Shown one piece after another: positions 49,901 to 54,226 of a stretch of 54,226 nt of DNA; the stretch's first letter is position 1, and every line of letters begins with the position of its first letter. The position numbers were made by a program, and so were the translations under genes. Location of the stretch: positions 1-54,226 of the forward strand of contig NMRA01001107.1 of the NCBI GenBank assembly GCA_002633005.1, given 5' to 3'. Under the pieces are notes generated by a model. That model ran no database searches, had not been told where the DNA came from, and was given only the letters and a program-made list of their open reading frames with translations. The DNA is from Phoronis australis (Eukaryota; Animalia; Phoronida).

Positions 49901-52900
49901 CTGTTAGCAGAACTTGCATAAATATCATACATTTCTAAATTGGATGTGTTCAGTACTAGTTTCATCTTCCAATTGCATTTGAGATGTTCATGATGTACAA
50001 CATTAGGGGTGGTATGGCAAGTATTGGTTACTCTGTCCACCTTATGTATTCTTTTGTACTCATAACATGATCTACATCTCAGTTTGTCTCCATTGTACCA
50101 CTGGCTAGAATATTTCCTATTGCAGTTGCCACACACTTTGTTACTGCTTAAATCAGTCTGACAGCTGGGACATTTATCATCCGTTATGTTCTGTCTGATG
50201 TCACAAAGAAGTTCACCACACCTGCTTCTACATTCGTTTGTGTTTGATGTGCATGTTAAGTTCCAATGGATAATGTTCTTGTTTACAGAGTTCCCTGTAT
50301 AAATAAATTTTTGGTCCAGTCTATTTGTTTTCCCCCAGTTAGGATGCTTGGTTACTGACACACATGGCGTCCCTTTGAGGTACTCTGAAGATGTGTTGTG
50401 TGGCTCTAAAATATCTAAGTCCTGATTCACTGAAAATGGAAGTTCTTCAACATAATTTAGTGTATCTGAGCCAACACGAACCTGACCTATTTTTTGAAAT
50501 TCTGCTGAAGCCGAAGCCAACCAATATTGGCAATGTCTGCTGTTAACATAGTCTTGAATCTTTTTTACACTGTTGCTATCATCCAATCCTTGGTTTGTAC
50601 AAGTAAAATACCGACTGCAAATTTTACCATTGTTTAGTGACAGTTTTAGATGTATCTGTGGTAAGTGTGACTGTGGATCATAAGAGAGTGATGGAGGTGA
50701 AGTAATAAATGTTGATACCAAACTGGCATCAATAACATCATCTCTTATTTCCATCTGTTGCTGACTTCCATTAATCCAGTCAATGCAGTCGTTACTGTTA
50801 ATGAAATTTTGTATTGTCCTGTATGTATCACCATTAGAGCCAGCAAATCTCTTGGAAAGGTGTGCTCCATTGTTTAAAACTAAAAAGAGTCGCATAGAAT
50901 TACCATCTCTGTAAATCTTTGTCTTATTGGAAATGAAAGAAGAAATATTAGAAAAGTCTACATTTTCAATTCTATTTTCCAATTTTGCACTGTCTTGGTC
51001 TTGCTTGTTATGAATCCATTGAACACACTCATTACTGTTGATAAAGTTCTGAATATCCTGAAACACATCAGCTTTTGACCTTTTAAACTTCTTTTGAATT
51101 TTGGAACCATTCCTTAAAAATAAACAGAGCCGAAAAAAAACACCATCTGCATAAATTTTTGGCCTTCCATTAACAAATGGTAATACACTAGAAAAATCTA
51201 TGGTGTCTTTAGTAAGAGCAGCGTTGCTGTTGGTATTATTGTGATTATTATCTGAATTGGTTGTGAGATGGCTGTTGGATGAGCATGGTTTATCAATGTT
51301 GACATTGTCAGACTTAACTTGAGGAAAAACAGACTCGTCGTTTCCTACACTATGGTTACTTGGTGGCACTTGATGCTTTTTTGTTAACTTAAGTTTGTTT
51401 TTTGCAACGCAACTCTTTTTCTGTTCAGGAGTCTTGTTTGTCAAATTAGTATTGGCAAGATGTTCATTTTGACTATTTGGCTTTGAATGTCCAGCCTCCT
51501 TATCAAGTTCAGTGTGATGATCAGTGAAATTGTGTATCACTTTAGACATGTCAGAGCTGCCATCTTCTGATGTTTGGTCACTTACCGTCTCAAGTATAGG
51601 ACTACTATGGGACGACAGAGAACAATTTTGTCCCAAAGTTTGACTGCCATGATTGTCCTCTACTTCATCATCATTTATCCTGATTTTTCTTATGTTAACT
51701 TGTTTTGAAACCAACCAGTCTATCAAAACCAATCTCAAAAAAGATGAATGACTGCTTATGTTTCTGAGGTAGCACAGTGAGGAGACCATTTGACCATAAG
51801 CTAACTTAGTGAAGATGTCAAAATTACAGACAGCAAGTGCCATTCCAACAGTTGCAGCCACACCGCACACTGTTCCACATGTTTGGATAGGATATGTATG
51901 AGAACAAGTCTGCGAACAAATGTGTGATTTTTTCCTTCGCATGTGTGTATTATTAGGACTGTGCACATAATGAATTAATTCAACTGACCCACCTAAACTT
52001 TGGACTAAAACATTTAACTTCTCTGAGAGAACATTTGGTATTGCCCATCCATTTGTGTCTGCATAAATTAAGGTTTGATTGCTAAACGAATATACAAGTA
52101 ACGCCCAGTGATTACCAGCCTCCCCATTCTCACCACTTAGAAAGGTCGATTTGTTATTGTTGATTCCTACATGTACAACAAAAACAAGCTTACTTTGGGA
52201 AAGGTCGCTACCACACTGGTGATGTACTTTGGTCTTCAATACATCCAAATCGTCATAGAAATTAAAAAGACTACAGAATGTGTTAGCCTGATCCAAATTC
52301 AAAAGAGCTGCAAATTTTGAAATGACCATGTTATTTAACCAATATTTACAAAGCAGGTCCACAGCATCTGCAACAATTAAGTCAGGGTGGTTCATGACAT
52401 GGTCTGTGTTTTTGCCCTGCAATGATTGGCGTTGAAATGTCTCAATGTTCTTTCTGTTTATTGGAGCCCTCATATTATTTGACTGCTCGATAATAGTGTA
52501 TGCATTCTTAAACCACAGCTTTTCTGCATTTACCTTGCGTGAAATGACCTTACAGGTGTGTAAGTTATCAAAGTATTGAAGATCTTGTTTATGGAAGGTA
52601 CCAAATCTTAGGTTAACTGCATTCATTGTAGGATATTTGTTCAAAATGTCAAAACTTCTCTTAATGTCAGTTTGTGGTGGCATAAATTTGCATGTTCGGG
52701 CTTCTGTAAACTGATCTGTATTGCATGCTGTGATTTGGCGTGTGGGTAACACTGCTGGATAAGCTATTTGAGATAAACCTTCCCTACTATTAATACTACT
52801 TAGGAAAGGGGTAAGTGAACTGCCATCATCATTGTCATCATCACTAATACAAATGCATTCACCTTCATACGATTTGTTAGTATACTTAGATGCATTACTA

Positions 52901-53054
52901 CCACTGCAATTATCAAAGTTACCACCATCACCGTCACCAGCGTCACCAGTGTCATCACCCCTTCCACCACCACCAGTCATGTACACTCTAGATTCTGCTA
53001 CAAAACACGGACTTGATTCTTGGCTGTGAACACCCTGAGGTATCTCAACACTCC
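46951..53054 (-). CDS. Giant Mutator/MULE-like transposase, terminal 6.1-kb exon: Ulp1-like protease, 3x ~70-aa repeat, GATA-like finger, DDE core, SWIM, C2H2 x2, PHD
   Basis: Open from acceptor tttcag| (53054) to TAA (46951). Motifs: NHWALL/YADTNG/PIQTCGTVCG (Ulp1 H-D-Q-C), GFDVKHD...EHDKA...LCNFH...TDNITE (MULE D-D-CxxH-E), CTCITF...CKHLLAV (SWIM) and CPIC...IQCDKCFHWYHFKC...WFCFTC (PHD). Confidence 0.88.
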
Positions 53055-53272
53055 CTGAAATGCAATTCAGACTAGGTTAACATGTGATGCAGTCACTGAG
53101 CAGGTGAGGATGACAGCACAAATCATGCACAAATACGCGAACCGCCACACACACACGTGTATGTAAATGAAAGATCAATCACTTGAAAAGTCAAAAAAGA
53201 AAACCGGATTGAAAGATTTGTCTTGCGTAATAGGGATAAGTTGTACATATGCATCGGTGGTATTCAACTCAC

Positions 53273-53351
53273 CAACAACTCGACTATATGTATCAACAGG
53301 CCATGACATTGCAGCTAGCCACTCGGTCTGGTCTTCGCACACATCATCTTT
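53273..53351 (-). CDS. Giant MULE-like gene, small internal exon
   Basis: ttgtag|AAAGATGAT...GTTGTTG|gtgagt; 79 nt, phase 0-1. This is exactly the phase needed to join 53628 to 53054 (KDDVCEDQTEWLAAMSWPVDTYSRVV-G). Confidence 0.72.
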
Positions 53352-53627
53352 CTACAAAAAAGTGTTATACCTTGACTGCATGTCAATTAACAACTCACGG
53401 ATATCCATTGACCAAGAAATATTTTCGTAAAAATTAAAGCTAAAGTTTTGAATTTTTGACCCACTTGATATAGTCATAATTCTAATAATCTATAGTTTAG
53501 TAGATGTGTTGCTAAATATATAGATTTTTTAATAAGGTCCTACATAACCTTAAAACCCAAGCAGTTAAATTCCAGTCAGAACATAGTGTAATGTAGCAAC
53601 AAAGCAATGTATTGAAGTAAGGTTTAC

Positions 53628-53822
53628 GTAATGAGTTAGCTTCATGTGAGCAACAATTGCTGTAAGATCATTTCCGTGGAGTTCCCTGCAGATATGGCAT
53701 GATGGTCGGTCAATATATGGCTTCTTCTTCGCTGTCACTTGTTTGGAGAAAGTCGGCTTCACACTACGTCCTTGTCCTGCTAGTTGAGCTGGTTCCATGG
53801 CTTCTTGACATGCTGCTTCACT
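53628..53822 (-). CDS. Giant MULE-like gene, exon with C2H2-type finger
   Basis: tttcag|AGTGAAGCA...CATTAC|gtaaac; 195 nt, phase 0-0. Encodes SCHICRELHGNDLTAIVAHMKLTH. Confidence 0.75.
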
Positions 53823-54010
53823 CTGAAAAATACACCATATGAAGCAAAAGGGTAAACAATGAGCATTGGTACATAATAATGAATTCTGTATCATTTTAGT
53901 GTTAACAGTGTAACAGAAGCTTAAAATATTTGCAACAAAATGTATGACTGAACATGTTTTACTCTCAGTAAAACAAGCAACCACCTAATTTCTGAATGAC
54001 TGACACTCAC

Positions 54011-54173
54011 CCCAATCCATCGTCCATCGCGCATAATGATAATAACATCGTCGGGTGATGCAAGCTGCCCATCAAAATCTCCCTTTGAGACCCTTCTCCT
54101 CACACCATTCTTTCGCACCTTTCCACCCTCTTTCACTGGTCGTATGTCCGGTCTTCTCGTCTCGTTATGCATG
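54011..54173 (-). CDS. Giant MULE-like gene, most upstream in-window exon (basic, MHNETRRP...DGRWIG)
   Basis: tttag|C ATG CAT ... ATT GGG|gtgagt; the phase 0 donor fits the next exon. The acceptor suggests further exon(s) beyond the window. Confidence 0.62.
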
Positions 54174-54226
54174 CTAAAGAACACAGATTCAGTGTTTCAT
54201 GTCCCAGGGACTGCGTTATGTTTTTT

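Noticed and set aside
46951-53054. Assignment as Zisupton/KDZ transposase because of Ulp1 + SWIM
   Set aside because: Core motif order (D...D...CxFH...TxNxxE, then SWIM) fits Mutator-like elements. No SAP domain or KDZ-type motifs were recognised. A profile search should confirm.

Overview
AT-rich metazoan genomic DNA, probably a marine invertebrate (inferred from the transposon repertoire), with one assembly gap (10355-11158). Three apparently intact protein-coding units lie on the minus strand. (1) A five-exon ARM-repeat + TIR-domain innate-immune gene (20230->2294) that retains the TIR catalytic Glu. (2) An intronless, divergent hnRNP K-like three-KH-domain gene (44357->43344) with a perfect 22 x 17-bp array just after its stop codon. 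(3) A giant spliced Mutator/MULE-like DDE transposase (at least 2179 aa, 54173->46951, 5' end possibly outside the window) fused to a Ulp1-like protease, a triple ~70-aa repeat, a GATA-like finger, SWIM, C2H2 fingers and a C-terminal PHD finger. The rest is a nested patchwork of decayed elements: a 5.7-kb CAC-terminated element with a 5-bp TSD, Sola2-like, Kolobok-like, Academ-like, Harbinger/hAT MITEs, CR1/L2, Tx1 and Penelope remnants, plus tandem repeats and a compound palindrome. The most promising candidate for a new system is the giant MULE-like gene together with the adjacent hnRNP K-like gene and its 3' array, possibly a transposon-borne anti-silencing module. All family assignments come from motif recognition by eye; no searches were run.
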